64,000 nucleotides of DNA, taken from assembly GCF_009914755.1 (NCBI RefSeq), contig NC_060944.1. The stretch is one strand, 5' to 3'. Shown here one piece after another: positions 63,791-64,000 of the stretch. Each line of letters begins with the position of its first letter. The first letter of the stretch is position 1. The notes under the pieces were generated by a model that did not search any database, was not told the origin of the DNA, and worked only from the letters and a program-made list of their open reading frames with translations. This stretch comes from the human T2T-CHM13v2.0 reference genome, Homo sapiens. Both the position numbers and the translations under genes were made by a program.

Positions 63791-64000
63791 TTTTTTTTTA
63801 AATTATTATTATTATACTTTAAGTTTTAGGGTACATGTGCACAATGTGCAGGTTTGTTACATATGTATACATGTGCCATGCTGGTGTGCTGCACCCATTA
63901 ACTTGTCATTTAGCATTAGGTATATCACCTAATGCTATCCCTCCCCCCCTCCCCCCACCCACAACAGTCCCCGGTGTGTGATGTTCCCCTTCCTGTGTCC
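63791..64000 (-). mobile_element. Young primate L1PA 3' end (continues beyond the window)
   Basis: TTATACTTTAAGTTTTAGGGTACATGTGCACAATGTGCAGGTTTGTTACATATG... closely matches the antisense L1PA 3' UTR. Confidence 0.93.

Overview
Primate (almost certainly human) genomic DNA, extremely Alu-dense (roughly 80-90 Alu copies or fragments by eye). A CpG island at ~11.9-12.8 kb holds the promoter and non-coding exon 1 of a + strand gene. I recognise the exon from memory as NCOA3 (SRC-3/AIB1); its donor is GGGAG|GTGAGT at 12227/12228, and the rest of the window reads as intron 1. I see no credible protein-coding exon, and almost all ORFs in the track are Alu, SVA or low-complexity artefacts. Upstream there is a U6 snRNA pseudogene. 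At 30.3-37.3 kb is a cluster of antisense elements: a HERV-IP10/LTR10 5' fragment (tRNA-Pro PBS, AP-1 motifs), an LTR9-like ERV1, and an SVA with a 13-bp TSD. The LTR9-like element has the structure of an L1-retroposed viral mRNA (R-U5-PBS-internal-U3-R-polyA with a ~15-bp TSD) and carries an SU-deleted env remnant and three perfect octamer motifs. The ~22-30 kb segment shows several signs of an old inversion, including a fold-back templated scar at the left junction. Repeat subfamily names come from recall of consensus sequences, not a database search, and most repeat boundaries are approximate.
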